64,000 nt of DNA from contig JAAYVM010000132.1 of the NCBI GenBank assembly GCA_012517145.1, positions 9,689 through 73,688 of the forward strand, given 5' to 3'. The position numbers were made by a program, and so were the translations under genes. The notes beneath the pieces were generated by a model. That model was not told the origin of the DNA. It searched no databases and saw nothing but the letters and a program-made list of their open reading frames with translations. This DNA is from Acholeplasmataceae bacterium. Its GTDB lineage: Bacteria; Bacillota; Negativicutes; Acidaminococcales; Acidaminococcaceae. Positions 17,305 through 29,169 of the stretch are shown here, piece after piece. The number at the start of each line of letters is the position of its first letter. Within the stretch, counting starts at the first letter, position 1.

Positions 17305-18474
17305 ATGCAAAGTAAATTTGCTTTTTCTAATATTTTTATCATTGGTTTGGTAAGCCTTTTTATTGATATGAGCACGGAAATGGTTTATCCGCTGATACCT
17401 TTGTTTTTAACGACGAATCTCGGAGCAACCCCTGCGATTGTCGGCGTGATAGAAGGCATAGCAGAATGTACGGCCTCGTTGCTGAAAGTATTGAGCGGCT
17501 ACATAGGTGATGTTTACCAGAATAAGAAAAAGCTTACGCTTATTGGCTACTCCGCTGCTATTGTCTACAAAGTGTTCTTGTTGATTGCAACCTCCTGGAC
17601 GGGGGTTTTAGCTGCCAGGGTAATAGACCGCATCGGTAAGGGCATCCGAGTAGCGCCTCGTGATGCTCTGGTAGAAGAGTCAAGTGAGAAAAATAAACTG
17701 GGGCGCTCTTACGGTTTGCACAAGATGCTCGATATGGTTGGCTCGGCATTAGGCGTTCTGCTTGCTTATTTCATAATTACCAATAATGTTGACTTTGAAA
17801 CTGCGTTTTTATATTCGATAATACCTGCGATAATCGGTGTTCTTATGATAGGCGGCGTGCAGGAAAAGGTCGGCGGCAAACGCGATACCCAGAAGTTTAC
17901 GCTGAAGGGTGTACAGCTTGACAGAAGACTGAAGCTTTATCTGGGGGCAATGTTTATCTTTTGCCTCGGCAATTCATCCAACGTCTTTTTGCTTCTGCGT
18001 GCCAAGGATTGCGGTTTTTCACCTTCAGAGGTGATCTTGCTTTATCTGGCATTTAATGTATCGGCATCCTTGCTGTCCATGTTTGCCGGAAAATTATCTG
18101 ATAAGGTTGGCAGAAGAAGAATTATTGTCCCCGGATATCTCGTTTTTGCTTTAGTGTATCTGGGTTTTGGTTTACTATCCAGCAAATTGGCTATCATCAT
18201 ATTGTTTATTGCTTATGGTGTTTATACTGCTTTCAACACAGCTGCCGAAAGGGCTTTTATTGCTGAGACGGCTCCAGACAATCTGAAAGGCACAGTCCTT
18301 GGGGTGTATGGTATGCTGCAAGGTGTAGGACTATTGCTTTCTTCAATTATTGCCGGCTTATTGTGGGATTATGTCGATCCCAGTGCTCCTTTCTTGTTCG
18401 GTGGTATGGTAGGCTTCATAGCTGCGATTGCCATAACCTTTATATTGGGTGAAGACAGGGTGAAAACAGTATAA
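17305..18474 (+). CDS. MFS transporter
   Basis: About 12 TM segments and MFS loop motifs (DRIGKGIRVAPRDA, LSDKVGRRR). Confidence 0.85.
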   Translation: MQSKFAFSNIFIIGLVSLFIDMSTEMVYPLIPLFLTTNLGATPAIVGVIEGIAECTASLLKVLSGYIGDVYQNKKKLTLIGYSAAIVYKVFLLIATSWTGVLAARVIDRIGKGIRVAPRDALVEESSEKNKLGRSYGLHKMLDMVGSALGVLLAYFIITNNVDFETAFLYSIIPAIIGVLMIGGVQEKVGGKRDTQKFTLKGVQLDRRLKLYLGAMFIFCLGNSSNVFLLLRAKDCGFSPSEVILLYLAFNVSASLLSMFAGKLSDKVGRRRIIVPGYLVFALVYLGFGLLSSKLAIIILFIAYGVYTAFNTAAERAFIAETAPDNLKGTVLGVYGMLQGVGLLLSSIIAGLLWDYVDPSAPFLFGGMVGFIAAIAITFILGEDRVKTV

Positions 18475-18545
18475 TACTGGTGCATTGCTCAAAAAATATT
18501 GGTATAATAAACTATTAAATACATTTAGATTTGGTGGGTTAGGTA

Positions 18546-19022
18546 ATGAAAGAGTTTTACTGCGCAAACAGCGAGGAAACTGAAAAATTAGGTTTTGCTA
18601 TCGGTCAGACTGCCAGTGAAGGCGATGTAATTTGTCTTAGCGGTGATCTCGGTGCCGGCAAGACAGCTTTGGCTAAAGGGATAGCGTTGGCAAAGGGTGT
18701 GCCTGAAGAGGATATAACGAGTCCGACTTTTGCCATCATGAATATCTATAAGGGCAAGGATGCAGACCTCAGGCATTTTGATTTGTATAGGCTGAACAGA
18801 GCTGAAGAATTGGATGATATAGGCTTTGATGAATATGTGGGCGGCTGTGGAATCACAATGATTGAATGGGCAGATTTATTCCCGGAGGAAATGCCGGAGG
18901 AATATCTGCAAATCAATATCAGCGTGGAAAAAACAGGACGCAAAATCGTTTTGGAGCCCCATGGCAGACACTATGAAGAATTATGTGAGAAGGTGGAAGC
19001 ACTTGTTAATTCTGGGAATTGA
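18546..19022 (+). CDS. tsaE: tRNA t6A37 biosynthesis ATPase TsaE
   Basis: P-loop GDLGAGKT and SPTFAIMNIY...HFDLYRL motifs. Confidence 0.9.
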   Translation: MKEFYCANSEETEKLGFAIGQTASEGDVICLSGDLGAGKTALAKGIALAKGVPEEDITSPTFAIMNIYKGKDADLRHFDLYRLNRAEELDDIGFDEYVGGCGITMIEWADLFPEEMPEEYLQINISVEKTGRKIVLEPHGRHYEELCEKVEALVNSGN

Positions 19023-19698
19023 TACAGCGACTAAGGTTTGTACCGTATCTCTGCTGCGAGATAACGAACCGGTTGCGGAATACGAAATAAATGCCGGCAT
19101 GACACACTCGGAAGGGTTGCTGCCGCAAATAGGACAAATTTTCGAACGTACAAAGATAGCGAAAAAAGATATTGACTTGATCGCCATAAGTATCGGACCA
19201 GGTTCTTTTACCGGGCTGCGCATCGGTCTTGCAACGTCAGAGGCAATGGCTTATTCCTGGCAAATTCCTGTCTGTGGCGTTGATACCATGAAAGCTATGG
19301 CTTATAACCTGCCAGTTGACGATATCATATTGGCGCCGGTTCTGGACGCGCAGAAGGGCAATTACTATCTCGCACTGTATGAATGGCAAAATGGTGAATT
19401 AACGGAGCATCAAAAGGTGACGGTTGTATCCAGGGAAGAGCTGCTCACCAGGCTTTCGGAATTCGCAAAACCGGTAATGCTGTTAGGTGAATGTGCAAAG
19501 CTGGCACAAGAAAGCTTACCGCCGCTAGTGAAGCTTGCACCTTGGCAGGTGCGTATGCCAAAGGCTTCTTCCGTGGCTCTTTTGGGGCTGGAAGAATACA
19601 ATAATGGCCAAAGAAAAGATATTTTCGAACTAAATCTTCATTATATAAGACGATCGGAAGCAGAAGAATTATGGGAAAAACGGCAAAAGAAGGTATAA
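19003..19698 (+). CDS. tsaB: tRNA t6A37 biosynthesis protein TsaB
   Basis: ILGIDTAT start and GPGSFTGLRIG motif. The proposed TTG start at 19003 follows GAAGGTGG and overlaps the tsaE end by 20 nt. The longer ORF-track start at 18862 is unlikely. Confidence 0.85.
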   Translation: MLILGIDTATKVCTVSLLRDNEPVAEYEINAGMTHSEGLLPQIGQIFERTKIAKKDIDLIAISIGPGSFTGLRIGLATSEAMAYSWQIPVCGVDTMKAMAYNLPVDDIILAPVLDAQKGNYYLALYEWQNGELTEHQKVTVVSREELLTRLSEFAKPVMLLGECAKLAQESLPPLVKLAPWQVRMPKASSVALLGLEEYNNGQRKDIFELNLHYIRRSEAEELWEKRQKKV

Positions 19699-20129
19699 TA
19701 ACGCGCGAAATGTCCGCGGCAGATTTAAAGGCTGTGCGGGTCATTGAGCAGGAGTCTTTCCACGACAGTTGGGCTTTTGAATCCTGGCTGGCTGAGTTAA
19801 ACAGCAGCATAGCCAACTACATTGTGCTGGAAAAAGAAGGTATTATTAGGGGGTTCGCGGGTTTCTGGCTGATTGCCGGTGAAGCTCATGTGACTAGAGT
19901 AGCGGTGGCAAAGGATGAGCGGGGCAAAGGCCTGGGCAGAATCCTGACCGAAGCTTTGGTAGGCGCAGCTTGGCAGGAAGGTGCCGAGGCTGTTACCCTG
20001 GAAGTCAGGAAGAGCAATATCGCTGCTCAAACTGTTTACACACAAACAGGCTTTACTGTTTCAGGTGTAAGACCGCATTATTATGAAGACAATCAAGAAG
20101 ATGCCATTATCATGTGGCTGTATCGATAG
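19671..20129 (+). CDS. rimI: Ribosomal-protein-alanine N-acetyltransferase
   Basis: GNAT fold motifs ([35 protein letters not shown]). Canonical tsaB-rimI-tsaD context. The start is uncertain (19671 or 19710). Confidence 0.85.
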   Translation: MGKTAKEGIITREMSAADLKAVRVIEQESFHDSWAFESWLAELNSSIANYIVLEKEGIIRGFAGFWLIAGEAHVTRVAVAKDERGKGLGRILTEALVGAAWQEGAEAVTLEVRKSNIAAQTVYTQTGFTVSGVRPHYYEDNQEDAIIMWLYR

Positions 20130-20146
20130 AAAAACAGGTGGATTTT

Positions 20147-21163
20147 ATGGTGAAAAAAGATATCTATATATTAGGAATTGAGAGTAGCTGCGATGAAACT
20201 GCTGCTGCCGTTGTCAAAAATGGCAGGGAAGTTTTATCGAACATTATTTCATCGCAGGTACCGATACATAGAAAATTTGGCGGTGTTGTGCCGGAAATTG
20301 CGTCACGCAAGCATATTGAAAATGTGCTGCCGGTTATTGATGAAGCATTAAAGCAGGCAAATGTTGGTATCAATGATATTGACGGTATTGCTGTAACCTA
20401 TGGGCCGGGACTGGTCGGGGCATTACTGGTGGGGCTTTCTGCCGGTAAAGCGTTGGCTTTTGCCTTGGACAAACCGTTGCTGGGCGTCAATCATCTTGAA
20501 GGTCATGTGTTTGCAAACTTCCTTGTTGATGGAGAGTTGGAGCCACCGTTTATGGCCTTGGTTGTTTCCGGCGGCCACACAGCCTTGATGAAGGTGAAGG
20601 ACTATAATAATTTTGAGTTGCTCGGGCAAACCAGGGACGATGCAGCTGGTGAAGCCTTTGACAAGATTGCGCGTGTCATGGGACTCCAGTATCCAGGCGG
20701 CCCTGAAATTGAATTGTTAGCAAAAGACGGCAATCCAATGGCGATTGATTTTCCGCGTGCTTTACTGGACCAAAGCTATGATTTCAGCTTCAGTGGCTTG
20801 AAATCAGCGGTAATCAATTACCTGCATACAGAAAAACAGGCCGGGCGTGAGATAAACAGGGCTGATGTTGCCGCCAGCTTTCAGGCAGCGATCGTTGACG
20901 TCTTGGTTAAGAAAAGCGTGCATGCCCTGAAGGCCAGCGGCTTAAAGAAAATAGTGCTTGCCGGCGGTGTTTCTGCCAACAAAACTCTGCAAGCAGAATT
21001 GGCGGCAGCAGTAGAAGCCATAGGAGTAACGCTTGTGCATCCTAAACCGGTGCTTTGCACAGATAATGCGGTAATGATAGCTTGCCGTGGCTATTATAAA
21101 TTTTTGAATAATGAATTCAGCGGCATGGATTTGAATGCTGATCCAGCTTTAAAATTAGGATGA
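20147..21163 (+). CDS. tsaD: tRNA N6-adenosine threonylcarbamoyltransferase TsaD
   Basis: [26 protein letters not shown] and VNHLEGH motifs. Confidence 0.92.
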   Translation: MVKKDIYILGIESSCDETAAAVVKNGREVLSNIISSQVPIHRKFGGVVPEIASRKHIENVLPVIDEALKQANVGINDIDGIAVTYGPGLVGALLVGLSAGKALAFALDKPLLGVNHLEGHVFANFLVDGELEPPFMALVVSGGHTALMKVKDYNNFELLGQTRDDAAGEAFDKIARVMGLQYPGGPEIELLAKDGNPMAIDFPRALLDQSYDFSFSGLKSAVINYLHTEKQAGREINRADVAASFQAAIVDVLVKKSVHALKASGLKKIVLAGGVSANKTLQAELAAAVEAIGVTLVHPKPVLCTDNAVMIACRGYYKFLNNEFSGMDLNADPALKLG

Positions 21164-21202
21164 AATAAGTAGGAAAACTTCTGGGGAAAAAATTGCGTCA
21201 AT

Positions 21203-21211
21203 TGTGGATAA
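21203..21211 (-). promoter_or_regulatory. Perfect DnaA box (TTATCCACA on the minus strand)
   Basis: The plus strand reads TGTGGATAA, an exact 9 of 9 match to the consensus. Confidence 0.6.
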
Positions 21212-21265
21212 CTCTGCAAAGACGCTTAAATACTAGCTTTTGCTTGTTGGTAAGTTGTGTGCATT

Positions 21266-21274
21266 TGTGGATAA
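21266..21274 (-). promoter_or_regulatory. Perfect DnaA box (TTATCCACA on the minus strand)
   Basis: The plus strand reads TGTGGATAA, an exact 9 of 9 match, in the same orientation as the first box and 63 bp from it. Confidence 0.6.
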
Positions 21275-21338
21275 AACCTTGACTGTTAGTGTATTGATGA
21301 ATATTCAGAAAAATCATTCTGCGATTAATGGAGGTATC

Positions 21339-22730
21339 ATGGCGAAAAGTTTCTTATCCAAAGAACAGATAAATCTGCTTAATTCTTGCATGGCTGGCGC
21401 TAATCTGGCAGCAGATATTGCTCATGCGCATGTATATCTCTATGTGCGCGACGAAGATCCGAAGTATATCAACGTCTATGGTCAGGCTCTGCCGCTTAAG
21501 GAGTTTGTGACACATTCAGCTAATATTACCGGGCGTAAGCTCAGGCTGGCAGAAGAACCTTTGGTCGGACGTACCATGCAGAGCGGTACGGTTGTCACGG
21601 GTAAGCGGGAAAGCATTCTAGGTTTTTTTGCTAAGATAAAGTTATTTCCTTTGCTTGATAAAAAAAGTCGTTGCTATGCAGTAATTGCCTTCGAAAAGAA
21701 TGGCGCAAACGGTGAGGAAGACGATGATATCTTCATCGATATAGCATTGGAACTGATGCTGAATTTTGAACAGAGATTTTCGACTGAACCAAATTACAGG
21801 CGGCTTTCGCCAAGTGACGGCATCATGATTGTCGATAAAGACAAGATTATCGTTGCTGCCAGCAACACAGCTCGTCATATACTTTCACTGCTCGGTGTAC
21901 CCAAACCGGTCGGCCTGCGTACCAACAGCCGGCAGATCAACTGGCCGTTGGTCGGTATGGTTATCAAGGCAGGTATTGCGGAAAGCAAAGAGGTCAAGAA
22001 ACAGGGCTTACTTTTGTCAATCAGAGTATTGCCTTTAACGCCCAAACAGGATACGCAGGCTGCCATCGTTGTTTTGACAGATATTACTGAACTCAAGAAG
22101 AAAGAAGAAGAACTGCTGGTCAAATCGGCAGTTATCAAGGAAATTCATCACCGAGTAAAAAACAATCTGCAGACCATTGCAAGCTTGCTCAGGATGCAGA
22201 CAAGACGTACAGAGGATGAAAATACCAAAAATATTTTGCGCGATATTATCGGCAGAATAAACAGCATAGCATTGGTCCACGAGGCTCTTTCGCAGCAGGA
22301 CAGCGATGTTGTGAATGTTGCTGAGGTAGCGGAACGCATTTATCAAGCGATAATAACGAGTATGGTAATGCCAGATTTTAAATTAGAAAGCAGTTTTTCT
22401 GCCGACGAACTTATTTTGCCGTCAGAGCAGGTAACAGCTATAGGATTGATTTTGAATGAATTGTTGCAAAATGCTTTGGAACATGGCTTTGAAAATTGCA
22501 CCAGCGGCAAAATGACAGTTGCTCTCAAAGTGAGACCGTATTGTTATTCGCTGGAGATAACAGATGATGGTGTTGGACTTCCTCCGGGTTTTGAAATTGG
22601 ACAAACTAATAGTTTAGGGCTTAAAATTATACAAACGATGGCTGAAGCTGATCTACACGGCACCTTTGAACTGCTGCCCTTAGAAAAAGGGACATTGGCC
22701 CGCGTAGAAGTACCAATAAGGAGAGAGTGA
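21339..22730 (+). CDS. Soluble sensor histidine kinase (HisKA_2/PdtaS-like)
   Basis: H-box EIHHRVKNNLQTIASLL, N-box ILNELLQNALEHGF, G-box DDGVGLP, and no TM segments. ATG at 21339 follows GGAGG. Confidence 0.85.
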   Translation: MAKSFLSKEQINLLNSCMAGANLAADIAHAHVYLYVRDEDPKYINVYGQALPLKEFVTHSANITGRKLRLAEEPLVGRTMQSGTVVTGKRESILGFFAKIKLFPLLDKKSRCYAVIAFEKNGANGEEDDDIFIDIALELMLNFEQRFSTEPNYRRLSPSDGIMIVDKDKIIVAASNTARHILSLLGVPKPVGLRTNSRQINWPLVGMVIKAGIAESKEVKKQGLLLSIRVLPLTPKQDTQAAIVVLTDITELKKKEEELLVKSAVIKEIHHRVKNNLQTIASLLRMQTRRTEDENTKNILRDIIGRINSIALVHEALSQQDSDVVNVAEVAERIYQAIITSMVMPDFKLESSFSADELILPSEQVTAIGLILNELLQNALEHGFENCTSGKMTVALKVRPYCYSLEITDDGVGLPPGFEIGQTNSLGLKIIQTMAEADLHGTFELLPLEKGTLARVEVPIRRE

Positions 22731-22734
22731 TATT

Positions 22735-23316
22735 ATGGAAAAAATGAGGGTTATAGTAGCTGACGACGAAACAATTATCCGACTGGATATCAAAGAAATG
22801 CTGACAGAAGCCGGCCATAGCGTTGTCGCGGAGGCTGCTGACGGCGAAGAGGCTGTGAGGCTGGCCACCGAGTTGAAGCCGGACCTCGTCATTATGGACG
22901 TAAAAATGCCTAAGATGGATGGTATTACCGCCGCACGTCTGATTAATGAAAAACATATTGCTCCTGTTTTACTTCTTACTGCTTACAGCCAGACAGATCT
23001 GATTGAAAAGGCTAAAGAATCCGGCGTGCTTGCCTATCTGGTGAAGCCTATCAGAGAAGAACAGCTTTTCCCGGCAATCGAAATTGCCCGTTCCCGTTTT
23101 GCAGAAATCAAGACTCTTGGTGAAGAATTGGATTATCTGAAGGAGAGTCTGGAGACAAGGAAACTGCTGGACAGTGCCAAAGGGATACTAATGGCTGCCC
23201 ATGGGTTTACTGAGGCGGAAGCTTATCGCAAGATGCAGAAATACAGTATGAACCAACGCACTACACTAAAAGAATTAGCAGAGGCTATCATTGCCGCTGC
23301 TGCTAAACGAAAATAA
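22735..23316 (+). CDS. Response regulator with ANTAR RNA-binding output domain (PdtaR/EutV-like)
   Basis: REC domain (VIVADDE...DLVIMDVKMPKMDG) plus ANTAR (LETRKLLDSAKGILMAAHGFTEAEAYRKMQKYSMNQRTTLKELAEAII). Confidence 0.9.
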   Translation: MEKMRVIVADDETIIRLDIKEMLTEAGHSVVAEAADGEEAVRLATELKPDLVIMDVKMPKMDGITAARLINEKHIAPVLLLTAYSQTDLIEKAKESGVLAYLVKPIREEQLFPAIEIARSRFAEIKTLGEELDYLKESLETRKLLDSAKGILMAAHGFTEAEAYRKMQKYSMNQRTTLKELAEAIIAAAAKRK

Positions 23317-23318
23317 TG

Positions 23319-23368
23319 AATCAAGCCTTTTCTTTGTAAAAAAAAACAGAAAAGGCTTGATTTTTTTT
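23319..23368 (+). terminator. Intrinsic terminator
   Basis: 15-bp stem AATCAAGCCTTTTCT / AGAAAAGGCTTGATT followed by a T8 run. Confidence 0.85.
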
Positions 23369-23395
23369 TGCAAAATGATTATTATAGATATTGTA

Positions 23396-23423
23396 ATTAG
23401 CACTCGAATTAATGGAGTGCTAA
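23396..23423 (+). promoter_or_regulatory. CIRCE element (HrcA operator)
   Basis: TTAGCACTC-N9-GAGTGCTAA is an exact match to the consensus inverted repeat, 50 nt upstream of groES. Confidence 0.92.
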
Positions 23424-23473
23424 CAAATAAAAGATTATAAAATTATATAAGGTATTGAAAGGGGATTGTAAGA

Positions 23474-23761
23474 ATGTTAAAACCATTAGCAGATCACATT
23501 ATTGTCGAAGCAATCGTGAAAGAAGAAAAAACTTCCAGCGGTATCTACCTGCCTGATACAGCAGCAAAAGAAAAACCACAAACAGGTAAAGTAATTGCCG
23601 TAGGTAAAGGTAAAGTTTTGGAAAACGGTACCCGTGTAGAACCAGAAGTAAAAGTTGGCGAAGTTGTTGTTTTCGCGAAATACTCCGGCACTGAGGTAAA
23701 AGTAGACGAAAAAGAGTATCTGATCCTCAGCGAACGTGATATTCTTGCAGTGCTTGACTAA
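23474..23761 (+). CDS. groES: Co-chaperonin GroES
   Basis: 95 aa, [10 protein letters not shown]...[15 protein letters not shown]. Confidence 0.95.
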   Translation: MLKPLADHIIVEAIVKEEKTSSGIYLPDTAAKEKPQTGKVIAVGKGKVLENGTRVEPEVKVGEVVVFAKYSGTEVKVDEKEYLILSERDILAVLD

Positions 23762-23771
23762 GACAAACTAA

Positions 23772-25448
<1,677 letters not shown>

Positions 25449-25466
25449 TATCAAGCCATTATTGGG

Positions 25467-25502
25467 ATCTCGCGACGCGATTAGCGCCGCGAGATTTTTT
25501 TT
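25467..25502 (+). terminator. Intrinsic terminator after groEL
   Basis: ATCTCGCG ... CGCGAGAT stem followed by a T8 run. Confidence 0.8.
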
Positions 25503-25583
25503 GTCTATCAATTGTAATTTTGCTGCTTTTATGTTACTATTCTTGAATAATAGTAAAAAATGTTACGGAGGCTCTGCAAAAAT

Positions 25584-27125
25584 ATGGAAAAAATGCAACA
25601 CGAACTTATACTGGTTATTGACTTCGGCGGCCAATACAATCAATTGATTGCCAGAAGAGTTAGAGAATGCGGAGTTTACTGCGAGATTATTCCTTATACC
25701 TATACCCTTGAACAAATCAAGGCTAAAAATCCAAAAGGTATAATTTTTACAGGCGGACCAAACAGCGTATATGCTGAAGAAACCCCAAAAGTTGATGCCG
25801 GTGTTTTCGAACTGGGTGTGCCGGTTCTGGGCATTTGCTATGGACATCAATTCATTGCGCATACTTTGGGTGGACATGTTGAAAGCGCTGGTATCAGCGA
25901 ATTCGGCAAGACTTCCGTGGAATTGCAGACTGATTGTTCACTGTTCAAAGGTGTAGAAGGCAGAAATATTTGCTGGATGAGCCATAACGATTATGTTTCT
26001 GAAGTACCGGAAGGTTTCCAGACTTATGCTATGACAAGCGAATGTCCGGTTGCGGCAATGATTAATGATGAACGCAAGCTGTATGGCGTACAATTCCATC
26101 CGGAAGTTGAACATACTCCTTTCGGCCGCAAGATGCTTTCCAATTTCTTATTTGATATTTGTGGTGTTAAGGGCGACTGGACAATGGCTTCCTTTGCTAA
26201 AACCAAGATTGAAGAAATCAAAGCTTTAGTTGGCGATGCACATGTACTCTGCGCACTGTCCGGCGGCGTTGATTCTTCTGTCGCTGCTGTTCTTGTACAT
26301 AAAGCAATTGGCAAACAGTTGACCTGTGTATTTGTTGACCACGGCCTGCTCAGAAAAGACGAAGGCGACACGGTTGAACAAGTATTCAGAGAGAAATTTG
26401 ATATGAACCTTATCCGCGTTAATGCCAAAGAACGCTTCCTCGGTAAATTAGCTGGTGTTTCCGATCCAGAAAGAAAACGCAAAATCATCGGTGAAGAATT
26501 CATCCGCTTATTTGAAGAAGAATCCAATAAATTAGGTAAAGTTGATTACCTGGTACAAGGCACAATCTATCCAGACGTTGTTGAAAGCGGTACCGGTACT
26601 TCTGCTACCATTAAGAGCCATCACAACGTAGGCGGTCTGCCTGAAGATATGGATCTTAAATTAATCGAACCGCTGCGCGAATTGTTTAAAGACGAAGTAC
26701 GCGCTGTCGGCGAAGAACTTTGTATCCCTTCAGAGCTAGTTTGGCGTCAACCATTCCCAGGCCCTGGTCTTGCGATTCGTGTTCTCGGCGAAGTTACTGA
26801 AGAGAAACTCGAAATTACCAGAGAGGCAGACGCTATTTTCCGTGAGGAAATTGCGAAAGCTGGTTTGGAAAGAAAAATCTGGCAATATTTTGCCTGCCTT
26901 CCTAATATCCGTTCTGTAGGTGTCATGGGTGATGGCCGTACTTACAATCATGCCATCGCACTGAGAGCTGTTACCAGCTCCGACGGCATGACTTCTGACT
27001 GGGCACATATCCCATTCAGCGTACTTGACGATATTTCCAGAAGAATCGTTAATGAAGTACCGGGCGTCAACCGCATAGTTTACGATATAACCTCCAAACC
27101 ACCAGCAACAATTGAGTGGGAATAA
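25584..27125 (+). CDS. guaA: GMP synthase (glutamine-hydrolysing)
   Basis: GATase domain ([24 protein letters not shown]), ATP-PPase SGGVDSSV, and the C-terminal PPATIEWE. The start is 25584 or 25593. Confidence 0.95.
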   Translation: MEKMQHELILVIDFGGQYNQLIARRVRECGVYCEIIPYTYTLEQIKAKNPKGIIFTGGPNSVYAEETPKVDAGVFELGVPVLGICYGHQFIAHTLGGHVESAGISEFGKTSVELQTDCSLFKGVEGRNICWMSHNDYVSEVPEGFQTYAMTSECPVAAMINDERKLYGVQFHPEVEHTPFGRKMLSNFLFDICGVKGDWTMASFAKTKIEEIKALVGDAHVLCALSGGVDSSVAAVLVHKAIGKQLTCVFVDHGLLRKDEGDTVEQVFREKFDMNLIRVNAKERFLGKLAGVSDPERKRKIIGEEFIRLFEEESNKLGKVDYLVQGTIYPDVVESGTGTSATIKSHHNVGGLPEDMDLKLIEPLRELFKDEVRAVGEELCIPSELVWRQPFPGPGLAIRVLGEVTEEKLEITREADAIFREEIAKAGLERKIWQYFACLPNIRSVGVMGDGRTYNHAIALRAVTSSDGMTSDWAHIPFSVLDDISRRIVNEVPGVNRIVYDITSKPPATIEWE

Positions 27126-27132
27126 ATAACAA

Positions 27133-27177
27133 AAACCTGCAAGCTCTTAAAAGTGAGAGTTTGCAGGTTTATTTTTT
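27133..27177 (+). terminator. Intrinsic terminator after guaA
   Basis: AAACCTGCAAGCTCT ... AGAGTTTGCAGGTTT followed by a T-run. Confidence 0.8.
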
Positions 27178-27291
27178 ATGTTAAATTATGAAGTTTGGTA
27201 TTTGTTTGCAGAAGATTTTTACTTTTTGCAGGAAAGATGAAGTGTTTAGCGAAGATAACAACTATATTGTTTTTCTTAGGAGAGGATATAG

Positions 27292-27678
27292 ATGCTAGAT
27301 CAGTTTTTGGAAAAGCTTGACTGTGTTGTGTCCAAAATTTTTAAGGAGAATTTATTTACAGCAAAACTCGTTGCCATGTGTCTTTTAATTTCGGATTACC
27401 TTGATTCCAATGAATCTTACAACTATGATTTTGGTTCAGGCTTTTTCACGGTCATAAAAATAGTAGTGTTCATATTTTCTTTATTGACTATTTATGACTA
27501 TCACAAAAGAAAGCAAGCCTTTGGAGTTTGGATATTTGGTCTTATAGCAGTATTGTATAATCCGATTTGCGACGTAGAATTTGTGGAAAGCAGATGGGTA
27601 ATGGTAGACGTGATTGCTGCTGCTGCTTTCGCAATTTCTTTGGTGTTTGAATATCGAAGAGAAAAGCAGGAAAGATGA
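27292..27678 (+). CDS. Small integral membrane protein, function unknown
   Basis: 128 aa with 3-4 hydrophobic helices. RBS AGGAGAGG upstream. Confidence 0.55.
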   Translation: MLDQFLEKLDCVVSKIFKENLFTAKLVAMCLLISDYLDSNESYNYDFGSGFFTVIKIVVFIFSLLTIYDYHKRKQAFGVWIFGLIAVLYNPICDVEFVESRWVMVDVIAAAAFAISLVFEYRREKQER

Positions 27679-27718
27679 CCAAAAAGGGTGTCTGTGTACT
27701 CGTAGTGAGGCGTTAGCT

Positions 27719-29011
27719 ATGTTCAGAAATAAGCGGAGGGTTGTCTTATCAGCGATAAGTATCGCCGTTGCTCTAGCAACAGTGTTTTATCTGCTTTGTT
27801 ATTTAGCCAGCCTTCAGGCTGCGCGTATCTTTAATGAAGTGGTGGCTGAGCAGCGTGTGATGAAAGGAACACTAACTGTAGAAGCTTTGCGTGCCAATAT
27901 CTTTGGTACTGTAAGCTTTGATAATTTGTTGTGGAAAGATGATGCTGGCACATTATTGGCAAGTATCCCGCAGGGTTCCTTTAAGGTTAGACCATTGGAC
28001 ATCATTACCAAACGTTTTAGCTCAGAAACTGTTACCTATGTTGAAATCAAAGATGCAGCGGTAAATATAAATTTTGATGATAAGATGTATTGGCAGCACC
28101 TTGATGTTTTTAAACAGCCAAAAACTAAAAATGATATGAAAAATATGCAGCTTAAGGAGTTTAATGTTAAGCTGGTTTTGGTTAATTCTACTATACAGAC
28201 ACACGCTGACCGGCGTGATTTTAAACTTAAGGACGTTAACGCTACTATTAATTTCAATAGTAAGAAGAGGCTGGCTATGGAGTTTCAGTGCGGCAATGTT
28301 TCCGGAACTTTTGAGGCTGATGCCGTACGCTTAAATGGTGCGGTTGATCTGACTAAACCAGTAGGGGTTTATGACAATATCAGTTTCAATATTACTAACT
28401 GCAATATGTCTGCCTTTGGTATCGGCAATGGTGAGAATGAAAAGGGTACGGTACAGGCGGTAATAAACGGTAATTTGCCGACGCCGGTGATTACAGGTAC
28501 TCTGAATATGAAAAAATTGAAGATTACGCCGATGTATTTCAGTAATGTACAGGGTAGTTTCAAATATGAGAACGGTGCGATTGATGTTCCCGAAGTGGAT
28601 GCCAGAGTATTTGCGGGAAAAGTAAAGGCTAATGGCTATTATAATATCGATGATAGGAGCTATGGCATTGATCTCATAGGCACAGGGCTGCATGGTGATA
28701 TTGGTCTTAATGATCCGCAGCTGCATTGCCTCGTGGATATTGACGCGCACTTGCGCAGTGACGGCAAGCCCAAGAACCTTTTGATTTACGGTGACTTCAA
28801 GTCAGGTGAAGGTTCTTACGGACTAATAGATTTTGATAGCCTGCAGGGTACTATAACCAGTCAACATGGCATTCTGGACTTCAGAGATGTATATATCATG
28901 ATAGACTGCGACCAAATCTTTGCGCCTTATCTGAGAATAGTAAACGGTAAACTAAAGCTGGGTTCTATCTACTACGAAAGCGATGGCGGAACAAGAAAGA
29001 AACTGATGTAG
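27719..29011 (+). CDS. N-terminally anchored beta-rich protein, TamB/AsmA-like (tentative)
   Basis: ATG at 27719 follows GTGAGG. A single N-terminal TM helix is followed by a repetitive beta-strand-like sequence. It contains phrases typical of the TamB/AsmA family (NGNLPTPVITGTLNMKKLKI, FAGKVKANGYYNIDD). Confidence 0.45.
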   Translation: MFRNKRRVVLSAISIAVALATVFYLLCYLASLQAARIFNEVVAEQRVMKGTLTVEALRANIFGTVSFDNLLWKDDAGTLLASIPQGSFKVRPLDIITKRFSSETVTYVEIKDAAVNINFDDKMYWQHLDVFKQPKTKNDMKNMQLKEFNVKLVLVNSTIQTHADRRDFKLKDVNATINFNSKKRLAMEFQCGNVSGTFEADAVRLNGAVDLTKPVGVYDNISFNITNCNMSAFGIGNGENEKGTVQAVINGNLPTPVITGTLNMKKLKITPMYFSNVQGSFKYENGAIDVPEVDARVFAGKVKANGYYNIDDRSYGIDLIGTGLHGDIGLNDPQLHCLVDIDAHLRSDGKPKNLLIYGDFKSGEGSYGLIDFDSLQGTITSQHGILDFRDVYIMIDCDQIFAPYLRIVNGKLKLGSIYYESDGGTRKKLM

Positions 29012-29109
29012 GGAAGCGCAGGGACGTTTCTTTTGCTTCCTAAAAATAACCAGTAAAGAAAGAGACGAATATTTTCTCGTTATTTTGACTTTTCTATTAA
29101 ATTATAAAT

Positions 29110-29146
29110 AAATGCCCTGCTGATTAATAAGTCAGCAGGGCATTTT
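29110..29146. terminator. Bidirectional hairpin terminator
   Basis: AAATGCCCTGCTGA-TTAATAAG-TCAGCAGGGCATTT flanked by A/T runs. Confidence 0.75.
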
Positions 29147-29169
29147 ACTAATTCAATTTTGTTAAATTT

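Noticed and set aside
18862-19002. Long N-terminal extension of the tsaB ORF overlapping tsaE by 160 nt
   Set aside because: Homology to TsaB starts at ILGIDTAT. A TTG start at 19003 with a GAAGGTGG RBS explains the gene, and the extension is out-of-frame read-through of tsaE coding sequence.
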